DNA of 64,000 nucleotides, from NCBI GenBank assembly GCA_002633005.1, contig NMRA01000125.1, forward strand, positions 100,970 through 164,969, written 5' to 3'. The notes beneath the pieces are model-generated. The model was not told the origin of the DNA, did not search any database, and saw only the letters and a list, made by a program, of their open reading frames with translations. Both the position numbers and the translations under genes were made by a program. Positions 1 to 12,730 of the stretch are shown here, in pieces (position 1 is the first letter of the stretch; each line of letters starts with the position of its first letter). This stretch comes from Phoronis australis. Taxonomy: Eukaryota; Animalia; Phoronida.

Positions 1-375
1 ATGACCCGATTACTTAGAAAAGTAATTTTTTAAATTGTCATGTTGACTTATACCTATGCACCGAATTTGAAAAAGATAGCTTTAAAACTGAAGGAAGAGT
101 AGTATTTTGAAAATTATATGACCTTTGCACCAAACGACCTCTTTCGGTGCAATATGGAATATGATTATATAACCAATCAAAATTTATATACTGTCAAAAT
201 TCATATGCTGAATTTAAAGACCGTACCTGCACCCAATTTGGAGTTATTAAGCCTCTAAGTTGGTCGGAAGAAGAATAAGAAGAAGAATAAGAAGAATAAG
301 AATAAGAATAAGAATAAAAAAAATTGAAGAAAACCCAGGAACAACAGTACTCTGCGCTTACACGCGCAGAGTAAT
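1..375 (+). mobile_element. 3' part of a non-autonomous Helentron/HINE (DINE-1-like) element
   Basis: (GAA/GAATAA)n microsatellite at ~268-318 followed by the terminal hairpin TACTCTGCGC-TTACA-CGCGCAGAGTA (348-373). This is the microsatellite plus 3' stem-loop layout of HINEs. Confidence 0.55.
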
Positions 376-1359
376 CAACGAGACAAAGACACGCACGCAT
401 GTTATTATGGGACCCCCGTCACACCAGAGGCGCGGTGCCACTACGGTTTTTGGTCAAAACCGCCATCACCATAGTGAAACCGCCAGTAGTGTTTCAAAGT
501 TTTCCCCGACTCGTCACACATGTGTTTCTCTTTGCGCCACGGGATCGCCGTAGGGTCGCCAGTCTACGTTTTCGGCGATTGCACGGCGGTTGTACTGCGG
601 AAGTACGGCGGTGATGTAGGTGCTACTGCGGTCCTTGTACGGTGCCACGGCGGTCATGATGGTCCAAAATATGTCGAATCCATACGAAAACAGGAACATG
701 TAACCGTTACAATAGAAAGATATTTACCAAATTTCATAAAAATCCGATAAATATCAAAAGAGAAACAATTGAAAAAGGAAAAAACGATTTCATAGCAAAT
801 GAATTACATCATCTCATTTTACATATTTTTGGCAAAACAATAACCATTATCTCACAATCTTTTTAAGAAAGATTTAAAAAAACAAATAATTAAAACACAT
901 TTTTATAGCAATCTGATTAGTAATTTTTTAAACTTTATTTCGCATCTAAGATTTTGGATAGTCACGTTTACTTACAAATTTTGAATTTGCCGTTTTCCTG
1001 ATTACCCAACATATGTCAAATACAAAATAATCTTTCTCATTCCCATCCAAGTTGTTTAACATCTTTGAGGAGAAGTGAGGATTTTAGGAGGTTGTTTTAT
1101 TTCTTCAATTAACTGTGTGTTGAAAAGTTAAAATCTTAGAGTACTTTCCCAGCATAGTCTTACCTCAGGTGTTGATTTCATGTAAAATGTCCATCGGTGC
1201 ATTTTGATTAAATAAACATCAAATCAGTAGCAGAACAACAATATCGCTTAATCAAATACTGAAGTTTGAAGTATTCTGAGTTAATATCTTAGCCACAACA
1301 AACAATTTAATACTAGTAGAAGTCCAGAGCGTACGTCCGTCACACTCACTTGCATTACA

Positions 1360-1545
1360 CAGTGCCGTAGCGATATAATTAGAGGTAAGTAGGCGCTCAA
1401 TGTCCACCGTATCACATTGAGCACTGTATTTTAAAAGTGCACTGAATTCGCACTATAACGTAACTTACGGTGCGTAGGCGCTACGTTTAAATGCCAAAAG
1501 GTCGTTGGCTGCGCCTACGTGCGCCTACGCCCCACTACAGCACTG
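1360..1545. mobile_element. hAT-type MITE (186 bp)
   Basis: TIRs CAGTGCCGTAG ... CTACAGCACTG (1 mismatch), flanked by a perfect 8-bp TSD GCATTACA (1352-1359 and 1546-1553). Confidence 0.85.
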
Positions 1546-1955
1546 GCATTACATCGAGTTGTTTCTATGAAGATATCACTAAAAAATTAGTATATTGTAC
1601 TTTACAAACATTCCACTAAATCATCATATAAACAACTTCATGCAACTCACAGAAAATTAACGTTATTTTTTATGCAAAAATTCAAATTCTTTGCTTAGGT
1701 CCGTCACACCCTTTTCAAGGCAATTTTCAGACAAAAAGACAGGAGAAAAGTTTATGCATCGTTTGAAAGCTATCAAGGCCATTTTCGCAATTGATCGAAA
1801 TGCTCTCTGATTGTACGTCTGTCACAAATAGAATTGCCCATATCAATATTCAACAGAAACCTCAACCTCAAAAATAAAACCTTTACCTTCCAACGGACCT
1901 GGTTTTAGGTGTTCAGTAATGTTATCCAATTTGTGAAGACAAGTGTGACTTTATA

Positions 1956-2327
1956 CAGGGTGATTCTCCCGAAACAAGTCCCAAACGTTTGTTAATATTT
2001 TAATAGACTGGCAGGAACAGTTAATTATATGTATTGAGCTGATGCTAGTTGCATATGACCTAGTAAAGTGAGGAGGCGTGGAAAATGTCTGTTAAGATGG
2101 CCCAGTTTAACTCGGACCAAATCTTACAACTATGAATTCAAACACTTTTTACAGCAGGTTGCTGGAAATGTCACCCATCAGCATGTAAGCACAATTCAAT
2201 GCGCCGTTGCTCTAGTGGGGAATACGTTCGTCGAGTGTGTTTTAGTGTTTGTTCAGGTTTGCGGTTATTAGCTCAAGTAGAAAAATATTAACAAAAGCTT
2301 GGGTCCCGTTTTGGGAGAATCGTTCTG
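1956..2327. mobile_element. Tc1/mariner-type MITE
   Basis: Imperfect ~45-bp TIRs CAGGGTGATTCTCCCGAAAC...TTTGTTAATATTT and AAATATTAACAAAAG...GTTTTGGGAGAATCGTTCTG, with TA on both sides. Confidence 0.7.
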
Positions 2328-3231
2328 TACTTATGTTTTAGTATTCATTAACAGTTTGAACAATGCCGTGGTAATATTTTGAAAGTAACAATAGAGTACT
2401 TCGGAAAAGCTTTAGGCAAAACAGAGTTGTTGGGAAATGGATTGGTTTCATTAATGAACCAAACATCTGTAATTTTCTATTATTTTTTCACGTATATTGA
2501 ATCATGTATAACTACCGTACACGTACTCATTTAGGTCCACCCAAAACGATGTGTTTTCCCCAAAAAATTGTCAAGTGTTTCGTACACAGGCACAAGAGCC
2601 CATGTTTTATTTACAACCACAGGGGCCGACATGTGCATATTTTAGAGTGCGTGTTTTTGTGTGTCTATCCTTAGCATTCCATGTCGCATTTAAAGCTGAA
2701 TTCCGCCTGATTAGCTAGCTGAAACGAAAGTCAAATTAGTCTCTTTACTCTCATAATATTCCTTGTTGTGCTAACTTTCCATTTCCGTTACTTATTCAAG
2801 TAAAGGCACTTGCGCACGTACACCATTTTTCAATTCGCCATTTTATGGTTGGCCAAACCTAATACAACCTGAAGCGTTTTCTTCAGTCACTGCTAGTTTC
2901 GATTTTCTTCTTGGCAACGGAATCCTGTCGTGGCAAGAAATATTATGAGACCGATTTTATGAGAGTAAAAGGTCTAAGTCGATTTTCGTTTTTAGCTAAA
3001 CAGGGCGAAATGCATCTTTTTTGGAAAGAACTTGTCACATGTGTTTCATAAATTGGCGCAGTGTTCAGTTCCAAATATAGGTACGGCTTTTGAAATAAGA
3101 GCGCTAGAGCTTTAAAAATGCTTGCATTTACGGTATTCATGTAGCTGTTTCAACCAATTTTATAAAGACTCGCGCAGATAAAATCGAAATCCAAACTTCA
3201 AACTGAAATAAATGAAGTTGTCAGTGGGAAT

Positions 3232-3465
3232 CTGTCCGTCGGTAGTAACCAACCATCTGTCCGTGGTAACCAACCATCTGTCCGTGGTAACCAACCATCT
3301 GTCCGTGGTAACCAACCATCTCTCCGTGGTAACCAACCATCTGTCCGTGGTAACCAACCATCTGTCCGTGGTAACCAACGATCTGTCCGTGATAACCAAC
3401 GATCCTCTCTACTGTCCGTGGTAACCAACGATCTGTCCGTGGTAACCAACGATCCCCTCTACTGT
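3232..3465. repeat. 21-bp minisatellite (CTGTCCGTGGTAACCAACCAT)n, about 9 copies
   Basis: Directly visible tandem units. They explain the repetitive ORFs (WLVTTDR etc.) in the ORF track. Confidence 0.95.
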
Positions 3466-3517
3466 CCAGGTAAGTATAATTAAGAAGGCAAATTCGCCTT
3501 ATTAAAAAAAACACACA

Positions 3518-3725
3518 CGGGAACCGGGATATACCCCCAAAACATGAACTAAAACACACAGGGGGCCCGGATAAACCCCAAAAACATGAACCAAAACACT
3601 CAGGGGCCCGGGATATACCCCAAAACATGAAACAAAACATACAGGGGCCCGGGATATACCCCGAAAACATGAACCAAAACACACAGTTGGCCCGGGATAT
3701 ACCCCAAAACATGAACCAAAACACA
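3518..3725. repeat. ~41-43-bp minisatellite (GGGCCCGGGATATACCCCAAAACATGAACCAAAACACACAG), about 5 copies
   Basis: Directly visible tandem units. Confidence 0.9.
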
Positions 3726-4817
3726 TAGGTTTTCAAAGATTGTGCGCTTCATGGAAAAGTACTAGTGTTTGCCGGAGACGTTGTTTTTCTTAAAGCCACT
3801 GTTGTTTGAATAAGTACAGCGCGTTAATCATGCTCATGATTACGTCACTAGTCTCTCGACTCCTTTAATTGCACTCTAATTAGCCACGACCGGTGTAATT
3901 GTCTGAGCAAACATCCATACCTAGTCTAATTACATTCACAAGGCCCCATTGAAAACAAACGACTCGTTTGGATATTTTTCGCTATTCTGTGCCCGTCTCG
4001 TCAATTCTCTTGCACGATTTTTAATGCTTTACTGCTTGGGGATAAAAAAGAATCTCTAAGCACAGGGGAACGTTTCATGAAAAATAGTTTAAGGCTTAAA
4101 ACAGAAATTTTGTCTTGGCTGCTCTCCTTTCACAACTGATGAAATTAGCAAGGTAATTATGAGCGCATCACAGTCTAGAAATAATTTCTGCCATATTACT
4201 AACAAACTGAGCCCACAGTTCATTGAAAATAAATAGGGACTTACTCCTTAGATTGTGGTTGTTGCATGAAAAGATCCGGCCTTAATCATTTTCGATAATG
4301 AATTCAACGACTCTGCCGGTGTTGCATCAAAGTCAAAAGTCGAATTAGTAATGAAACTAAAACAATACAAGAAAGGGCAATCAATGTTTTCACAAGTCCA
4401 AAAATGCGCAGTAGATTTAGGGAACTTAGTTGAGTCCCTGTTTTGGGACTGTTTCATGCAACCGGCACACTGTGACTGAGAAGGATATACAAGGCGGCTG
4501 CTACGATCTGGTACTAGCGATTTAACTTATTGTGGTTTGATGAAACTCACAGCGCCATCTTTGGTCGATGTTCCATTTCCGGGTAAAAGCAAAATTAACA
4601 ACAGCGGTAAGTTTGTTTTTGAAGTGTCTGTAAAAAACTTTCTTTGCTTGCTGATAGCTTTTATTAGGACCCAAAGGAAATCTAAGAAATGTTGGCATTG
4701 GTTGGAAGTAGTAGACCTTGATTTAAAGAATCAGTTTAATCCACTGAGTTGAGTAACGGAAGAAGAGGTAGTGGAGTTGTCAGACAGATCTCCGCTTGAC
4801 AGTAGTAAGTAAGTCAG

Positions 4818-5644
4818 TACACAGTCAAGTGACCTAATTATCGGACGTTTTGGCACATTTTGCATTATATTTAATTGACAGTACTACGGACTGTTGTAAA
4901 TTCTTTGCTGAAATAAAGGCTTACCTTCACGGAATTGTTCTGTTACTATATCTTGTCACTGAAAGCCACATTTATGTTCTGACTGATCTTTAAAAAACAC
5001 AACTAGCAAACCTTCGGAGAACCTAAATATCGGACGCCATGTTTCCCCATACGCCACACAGCGGAAAACTGACTAACCACGTAATGGCCGCGGGCACCTT
5101 GTAGCCAAATTTCAGCTCTACTGTTTTGACATATATGCTGCTTGAACACAGGTCCATTCGCAACAAAATTATCCATAAAATGAAAACTGATGACCGCGCC
5201 AAGTCATTTCGATGAATTAGTGCAGACGACTAAAGCACGTGCAAACTCACTGCAGTTTTTAGTATCTCTTTGGCTTTTTGATATGTCACCCGCACGTGTG
5301 CAGTCGGGGTTTGACTTGAGTTTAAAAACAAATGAAAAAATGGAATAGTGACATATTGTCAGTTCAACGAGATGGTTTCATTGTGGAAAAAGATTTTATT
5401 TTCAACTTTTATAACCGATTTATGCGATCGTCCATTTTACGCCGACTTGGAGGTCTAAATTGCACCCTCTCTCAGTGAAATCAAAGCGAGGCAACGCTGT
5501 AAAAAACGAGACGGTGCCGGACATTGAATGCATTACAACGGAAAAAAAATTGGTGTCATTTAATTCTCAGATTATGCTTCAAGTAAGATTTTATGAAATG
5601 TCCGATATTTAGGTTCCGTCCGATAATTAGGTACCCTATGTGTA
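4818..5644. mobile_element. Non-autonomous TIR DNA transposon (Tc1/mariner/pogo-like)
   Basis: Inverted termini ACCTAATTATCGGACG (~4832) and CGTCCGATAATTAGGT (~5617). A second internal inverted pair AACCTAAATATCGGAC (~5020) and GTCCGATATTTAGGTT (~5600). Ends TACACA...TGTGTA. Confidence 0.65.
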
Positions 5645-6364
5645 GTAGATCAGATAATAAACAATATCACCGTCACATTTGGCCGCTGTAGATGGCCATC
5701 CCATAAGCCCTCTATACGCCGGGAGTTTTTCGTCGAATTTTACCTCACACTGATTAAATCATCAAAGTCATGATGCTATAAGTCCCTTTTGCGCGGAGAA
5801 CCTGGAACATACCTTAGATCAGATAGGTCAGGAGTCCGTTAAAGTTAATATATACTCAAACAATGTTTGCAATTAGCTTGCGTCATCAAAAAGAAAGTGG
5901 AGGACAAGCAATGGTAATGGTCAAAGATAGCAAACCGAGTTATCATGAGTTGTTAGATGCTGGTGAGACTCTTTACCTCCACTATTGACATAAATTTATC
6001 AGAGGCATAGACTCCAGATTCTGACATTGGAACAGGGAAAATCCAGACAAGAGAAGATAGAGACATCCACACAAAGAGGCAGTGGAACATAGTGTTTTTG
6101 GGTTGGTGAGTTTGCTGTGCCGAATGTCCAAGTTTGAAAATTTTGAACGCTCTCAAAAATATGTGAAATAAAATACACGTTAACGGAGAATGCCACCCGT
6201 TTTAATTAGACTTTATTACTGTCTTAATCGATCTGTATCAACTTCACCTCGTATGCAGTAGATCTTACCTCGCTGAAAGGTGTCACGTTAACCTGTGAGG
6301 AAGGTCAGTAAACAACACAGCGACGTCAGTGGTTCTTCTGTAGAGTGAGTGCCGCTATATAAAA

Positions 6365-7608
6365 ATGAAAGCGCTCTGAGGAGCGAAACTTGGCGAAATT
6401 AACCAAAAAAACACGTTCGAGAGGACGAGAAAAGACGACGACAGAGATGATGACGAAGATGACAGCTATGACGACGATGGAGGCGATAATGGACAACCCT
6501 AGTTATGATATCATTCATATAACGAACGTAGAGGTCAGAAATCACTAAGACATAGGCTACAGTCTTGAGCGACACTTGGCGAAATTAACTGAAGAAAAGA
6601 CGACGTCGGAGATGATGACGAAGATGACGAATATGATGATGGTGGTGGCCATGATGAAGAACATCATAACATTCATATGACGAATTTAGTTGTCATAAAT
6701 CATTAAGAAATAGGCTGCAGTCTAGTTCAATAGAAGCTAAACCAACCTGAATGCAGCAACAGCGCTCAACAAAGGAGCAGCGTTATCACAAAATCTCAAA
6801 TAACTTGAAAAGTAGACGTCGTAGAGAAAAATGGAAAGCATCTCCTGAAAGCCCGTTCAAAGCTCTATCTAAACTGATGGTATCGTTTAATTCCGTAAAT
6901 TTTTCGAAAAAAATGAAATTTTGCGTTTTTTCTAAGAATTTCAAAGTCAAATAACTCGAAAACGGTAAGTCTGAGAAAAAAATTGTTACAGGCCATTTGA
7001 AAGATAATACTTCAAAGAATCTACATGCAAAAAATCACGTCTTTTTCTCTTCCCGTTTAAAATCGCACTCCAGACGACTGAAAATGGGTCAACATGCGCC
7101 ATATCCGCCATCTTGAATGTAACTTCCGGTTTTTTGGCTTTGTATAATAGCATGTTACAAGAAACTAATACCTGTAAAAATTGGAAGGAATTTGTCAGAC
7201 AATGCGCCCTCTAGAGGAGAAAACGTTTTTAAGCCAAAATCGAGGTGCGCATGCGCGATCGCCGATATTTCCGCCATCTTTAACCAGAAGTAAACAATTT
7301 CCGGTATACTTGTAGCAAGCTTCCGGTCCATTTACTGTGCCGATTCTTAGCCTTTTACGTAAAAAATTGTAGCCTCCAGAAGCATTTGAACCTTTAAATG
7401 GAAACAAAATGGCCGCCACAGCCGCCATCTTGGATCCAATTTTGACGAAAAACAGTAGGCTTCCAGTACTTCCGGAAGTACGTGTTAAGTGTAAATTTCG
7501 TGATGATCGGACGAAAATTGCGACCTGTATCGTGCGAACAAACAAAAAAAAAAACAAACTTAGTGTCAGAGCAATATACTTGGCGAAATTTATTTCGCCA
7601 AGTAATAA
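6365..7608 (+). mobile_element. Non-autonomous Helentron (HINE)-like element, copy 1
   Basis: 5' hairpin GCGCTC..GAGCG and subterminal repeat ACTTGGCGAAATT (6388). GAC/GAT microsatellites and an internal duplication (6380-6570 vs 6566-6720). 3' palindrome TACTTGGCGAAAT-TT-ATTTCGCCAAGTA (7577-7604). Confidence 0.7.
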
Positions 7609-7699
7609 TTGCAGGTGGTCTGATACACGTTGTACCAGACGTGCGCAGGCCTCGCATGTGGGCCCATTGCACTGATCACCTGGAAATATTTTTATGCTT

Positions 7700-7835
7700 T
7701 ATTAATATGTGCTTAAAACCGAGCTGAGGAGCTAGAAACCTGGCTCAAGGGTTTAGCAGGGTGACATGGTGGGACTCGAACCCACGACCTCGAGTAAAGA
7801 AAGGGGGCGCTTATCAACCAGTCCACACTGCCTCC
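7700..7835 (-). mobile_element. tRNA-derived SINE (head plus short body)
   Basis: Minus strand reads GGAGGCAGTGTGGACTGGTTGATAAG (A-box-like) ... GGTTCGAGTCCCACC (B-box), then CCCTTGAGCCAGG, a typical SINE post-tRNA segment. No complete cloverleaf. Confidence 0.65.
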
Positions 7836-7895
7836 TTGAGTGCCGCTATGGTGTGGTGTGTCGTTTTTTCAATTTCCTGGAGAGCCCGAAATGCT

Positions 7896-8160
7896 TCAAA
7901 AGTGGCTCACGGCAGTGAAGAATGAAAAGCACTCCGTGTCTGTGGCTGGCATTTCGTCCACAAGAAGGCATTTCAGTTGCGGAATTTCATGAACACAAAT
8001 GGAAACGTCAATCGTTTCCGTTATTGTGCAGTTAGCGCACTGACACCATGACAAGTCGTTTTCGGAACTATCCATATGTTGCATTGCTTGTGCACGTTCA
8101 TAGCGCCTCTCTATTTCTTGATCAGTGTATTCCGGTTCGAACTGATAGCCTCTGAAACCT
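7896..8160 (-). pseudogene. Degenerate P2X7-C-terminal-like (Zn-coordinating Cys / KolX-like) coding fragment, probably a transposon relic
   Basis: Minus frame GFRGYQFEPEYTDQEIERR...DLSWCQCANC...ICVHEI resembles the YxFEP and WCxCxNC...CCxE motifs of P2X7-like/nanor/KolX proteins. Later Cys residues are lost and the frame stops early. Confidence 0.5.
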
Positions 8161-11100
8161 AAGGATCCACCTGTGAAGTCTTGTGGGATGAGTACTCTTC
8201 TAAGTAGGTATTGTGCTCTTCTTCAAAAACTGAAACAAAGTGTCAAAGTTTGTCCCATTAGATACAATTTGTAATGCCTTTGGAGTGTGTGTGTTGGTGA
8301 GTGAAATATTTTGAGAAGCCAGCAATGAATAAATTACTGTGTTTACCCCCTTTAGATGCAATAAAGCTAAATGACCAGGCATCGAGGCCGTGTGAGTGCT
8401 TACTAATTTAGTGTTTGCTGTAAGAAAGCTGTTGTGAAACAATAACTCCATTTTGTATGCTATGGTGAGATGTTAGGGGAATCTTTATTTTGATATTCAT
8501 ACATTATTCGAATCATTGTTACTGTGCAACTTTTGTTACCACGGTTCTGTGGAAGGGGAACCTCAGTGACTTCGCGTCCCCCGACGAGTAAGTAGATTTG
8601 CAGTTTCACAAATACTTCACCAAAATAATCATGTGCACATTATTTCCTTGGCTCACTAGTATAGTCTTTTTGTGATTGGAAGTTTAGTTTCCAACTTTGG
8701 TTGGTTTATGTTTGTGATGTCTTCAGTCTGGTCGCGATGGGCCTGATTGGGTTTCGAGCCACTGGCCGGGATAACAAGCGTTTTGTGTGTCTAAAATTAC
8801 AACACACAGCTATGTTCTCGTGTCTGTATTTCATGGAAAAATAATTTGAATTTATCACTGAACAGAAACCAAACTCTGGTGACCAACCTTGGTAAACTGA
8901 CCTACCGAACTTAGTAGGCTACAGAACAGCGAAATAAAACAACATGTCTGTTCAAGAACTCGATGTATTTGTAAGGGTTTTATATCAAATTTTGATGATT
9001 TGTTGATGCAAAACAATGAATTCAGTTGCTAAGCTGACCTCACTAAGCGTGTTGTGAAGTGTTGAACATACTGCGTTCGAACCTGTGACGTCATTGGTTA
9101 ATTTAAACACTGCTGTCTGCCGTCAGGTGTCAGGTAAAAGAACTGTACTTGCTGTTTTTGAGTGTAACTACTCGATCTACATTGATACAAAATAGGTTGT
9201 TTTTTGTGTGGCATTCTCCTTTAATAGATCCAGATACACCCAGTATCCCAATGCCAAAAGTTTGCACATACTTTTCATGCTTCTCGGGACTTTCGGTTTC
9301 GACCTTGAGTTCAATGTTCACATCGCAGAGTGGACCACAACGGCAATTGAACAATTTTGCGGCAATAAGATAGGCCCAATAAAGGGGTGTGAAGGTTGTT
9401 TTTATAAGAAAATAACGTCAAATAATTGGAATCAGGACGAAGTATTTCCATTTTTTTGCCAAAAATTTTGTTTTTCTTGTAACGTTTAACTTAAATTGGA
9501 AAATTCTACATCAAAAAGCGAAAATGAAAATTCTTTATCCGGTTTTGAATGCCCCAACCCCTCTTCTAAATAATGCATCAATTGTTATAGTAGTGTACCA
9601 AAGTGTTTCAGGCGCAAAAGATAAAAAGTTTCATTACGCTTCCGAAATCTAGATTTCAACTGATAGGACAGTTCATATTGAAATAATTAGAGTATTCCTA
9701 AAAAGCGCAAAAACATGAAAATTGTACACCGTTGCCTTTTTTATAACAGCATTTATCAAAGTGTATCGAAGTTAAATCTTCACTGATTACAAAGTAGCCA
9801 GTTGAACATGTCTTTCAGTTCAGAAAAAGTTGCCATATTGTCGCTGTCGTAACTTATGTTGCTGTCGTCCAAGATAGCCGACCCGATCCAAACAAGTGAT
9901 CCAAGTTTCACCGAAAAAGTTGCAATAACTTTTTACTATTTAAAGGTGCTATGTCTCATTAAAACCATGAATATTCAATTTTGTAGCAAGCGCCACCTAG
10001 TGACCTCCTGGAGAACTGTGTGTACAAGTATAATCAGGAAAAACGATTTGAAAATTGCAGATTAAAGAAAACACTACAACAGATACACTTAAAAACAAGT
10101 GTGAATGAACATATAAGCCCCTAGTAATTCCAAATATCATTATTTGATAGTGAAATAAATAAATAATAAAAACTGTGCCTTGTTTCGTAAGGGTAACAGC
10201 AATGCTGTGGGGGTTTCCCAAGGATCAGGTGTTCATCCTCCATGATGAGATATTACCATACTCATTTGCATAGAAATAGTCTCACAAAACTAGACTTTCA
10301 GGAGATTGTAATCATGGTAACTGGTTCTCGGATGGTTTCTGGCACACTGGAGGACCCAAGGTTGTTTGTTAATTAGTTATTCATTTGCATATTCACAATT
10401 TAATGAGACTATGCATCTTTAACCGGATTTTGATAATTTTTTATTTTTATCGTGTTGGACAAAGAATTTCTTCAAAACCAAGTAAAAATTTTGCTTCTGC
10501 CCTATTCAGAGGAAGAGGAAACTCTTTGGTCATTTCCCCTTGATGCTTAATAATTTTTTGAAGACAATAGAATGCCGTAACACCTATATCACCCCTGCTT
10601 TAGCAGCCAGCTGTTGTACAAAAATTCACCACTAAACTGAGTAAGAATTCAGCTAAAAATGTCTTTGCTTCAGGATACCACAATCATACTGAAATGTTTG
10701 TCCTCCAACATGGCAGATGACCTAATTGATGATGTCATTCAAAAATACTCTGTACTCCCACAATCAAACTTTTTATTCGAGAAGTCCTTCATTCAGTTGC
10801 GCAGATCGGCCATATCCTGTGACATGAGCAGTGTAAAAATGGCCAGTTGCCAGTTTGGGCAACTGAACGAAGGAATGTTCGAAAAAGGTTTGATTGCGTG
10901 AGTATTTGTTCTAGTTGGGAAGAGTTAAAGACATCAACGGCCTCCTAAAGTGTCCCTCCATGCGCAAAAGATACTTATAGCAACATGGCTTTACTTTTAT
11001 TAATGGGCTAATCAGTGAAGCATAACTCCCAAAAAGCTTCCGCCGTATTGAGGGCCTATGATGGGATGGCCACTGTTTCTACTGTGGTCAGTTGAGAAGG

Positions 11101-11347
11101 TGGTACTAGTCAGAACGTAGCCAGCTAGCTAGCTGTATGAAGATGAATGTCAAAATATGGGTAGGAACCACTGTTGTTTCAGCTCCAATAGCATTTGAAA
11201 TTTCACACCGCCCAGGTAATTCTGGTCATCACTTTGTGAAACATATTTTAACATGTAGAGTGAATGACTGGCTTGAGTGAATGCAAAATCTGGTAGTCAA
11301 CTGACACTCATCTTGCCCGTTATAACCGTTCAAGTGAAACACAATAT

Positions 11348-11594
11348 CATGCGCGCACCCAGGGGGGGCTTGGGGGGCTCGAACAAGCTCCCCCATTTGG
11401 CGAAGTAGGTAAAAAAGGTCCACCTCCGAGCAACAAAAAGTCCGAGATAACCGAGACCACTAAATAAGCACGAATGCGCACTTCACAGCGGCGCTCCCGT
11501 TTTTTTTTTAGTCCGCCCATCGTTTTGTTAGGATAAGGTCCACGACATCAAGAATTCGAGCCCCCCCCCAAATTGAAGGCTGGGTGTGCGCATG
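11348..11594. mobile_element. MITE with 15-bp TIRs
   Basis: CATGCGCGCACCCAG ... CTGGGTGTGCGCATG with G/C-run subterminal repeats, flanked by direct AATAT (11343-11347 and 11595-11599). Confidence 0.8.
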
Positions 11595-11793
11595 AATATA
11601 ATAAATGTCATTGTCTTACGTAATTCTCCACCTTTTGTATCAAAAAGTCTTGTCGTTTTTAAACAGTATGCTCGTGACACACGCACATGCCATTTACTAA
11701 TTTTTTGCGACATCTCTCAGGAGATGATAACTTTGCCGAAGCAATATTTGCTCTGAATTTCGGTTTACTGGAATTTAAGTGTCAAAACTCATA

Positions 11794-12730
11794 ATGAGAG
11801 CGCTCGGAGGAGCGACACTTGGCGGAATTAATCGAAAGACGACAATGGGGAGGACGACGACAATCATGACGATCAAGGCGGCAATAATGAATAACACGGT
11901 AACATTCATGTGACTAGCGAAGAAATCAAATAGAGAGCACATAATGAACTACAATAAAGAACAATAGATAGCACAACATGACGGACGAGCCATGCTTTGT
12001 TCCCGCAATCCAAAATAGGTGGCACTATGTGACAGTCTGCAGAGCAAAGTTATGTTTACAATAGTATTTCGCCTGGAATTCCAGTCTACAGTACGACAGT
12101 GCTACCTGGGTCAGTCGGGGTCACAACTCTCTGTTAACTTGTGCAGACATAACCAAAACAAAGTGAACTGAAAGCCAGCCAGCTGCGTGCATACGTGACC
12201 GAAGGAACAACNNNNNNNNNNNNNNNNNNNNNNNNNNNNNNNNNNNNNNNNNNNNNNNNNNNNNNNNNNNNNNNNNNNNNNNNNNNNNNNNNNNNNNNNN
12301 NNNNNNNNNNNNNNNNNNNNNNNNNNNNNNNNNNNNNNNNNNNNNNNNNNNNNNNNNNNNNNNNNNNNNNNNNNNNNNNNNNNNNNNNNNNNNNNNNNNN
12401 NNNNNNNNNNNNNNNNNNNNNNNNNNNNNNNNNNNNNNNNNNNNNNNNNNNNNNNNNNNNNNNNNNNNNNNNNNNNNNNNNNNNNNNNNNNNNNNNNNNN
12501 NNNNNNNNNNNNNNNNNNNNNNNNNNNNNNNNNNNNNNNNNNNNNNNNNNNNNNNNNNNNNNNNNNNNNNNNNNNNNNNNNNNNNNNNNNNNNNNNAAAA
12601 AAAAAAAAAAAAAAAAAAAAACTTGACGACAGAGCAACATACTTGTCGGAATTCGAAGAATTCCGCCAAGTAAAAAACTTGCTGTCAGACCAACATACTT
12701 GACGGAATTTGAAGAATTCCGCCAAGTAAT
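11794..12730 (+). mobile_element. Non-autonomous Helentron (HINE)-like element, copy 2 (spans the gap)
   Basis: Same 5' start as copy 1 (ATGAGAGCGCTCGGAGGAGCGACACTTGGCGGAATT) and GAC repeats. The 3' palindrome TACTTG(T/A)CGGAATT...AATTCCGCCAAGTA occurs twice in tandem (~12640-12672 and ~12696-12728). Confidence 0.65.
12212..12596. other. Assembly gap (N run)
   Basis: Run of N. ORFs crossing it are artefacts. Confidence 1.

Noticed and set aside
260-553. Arg/Ile-rich 97-aa ORF
   Set aside because: Produced by the GAAGAATAA microsatellite of a transposon end.
3160-3736. Repetitive ORFs (WLVTTDR, VGYHGQM, FGVYPGP)
   Set aside because: Translations of minisatellites that are open in several frames, with no splice or start context.
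7760-7835. Functional tRNA gene
   Set aside because: A and B boxes are present, but the acceptor and anticodon stems are not convincing and a SINE-type body follows.
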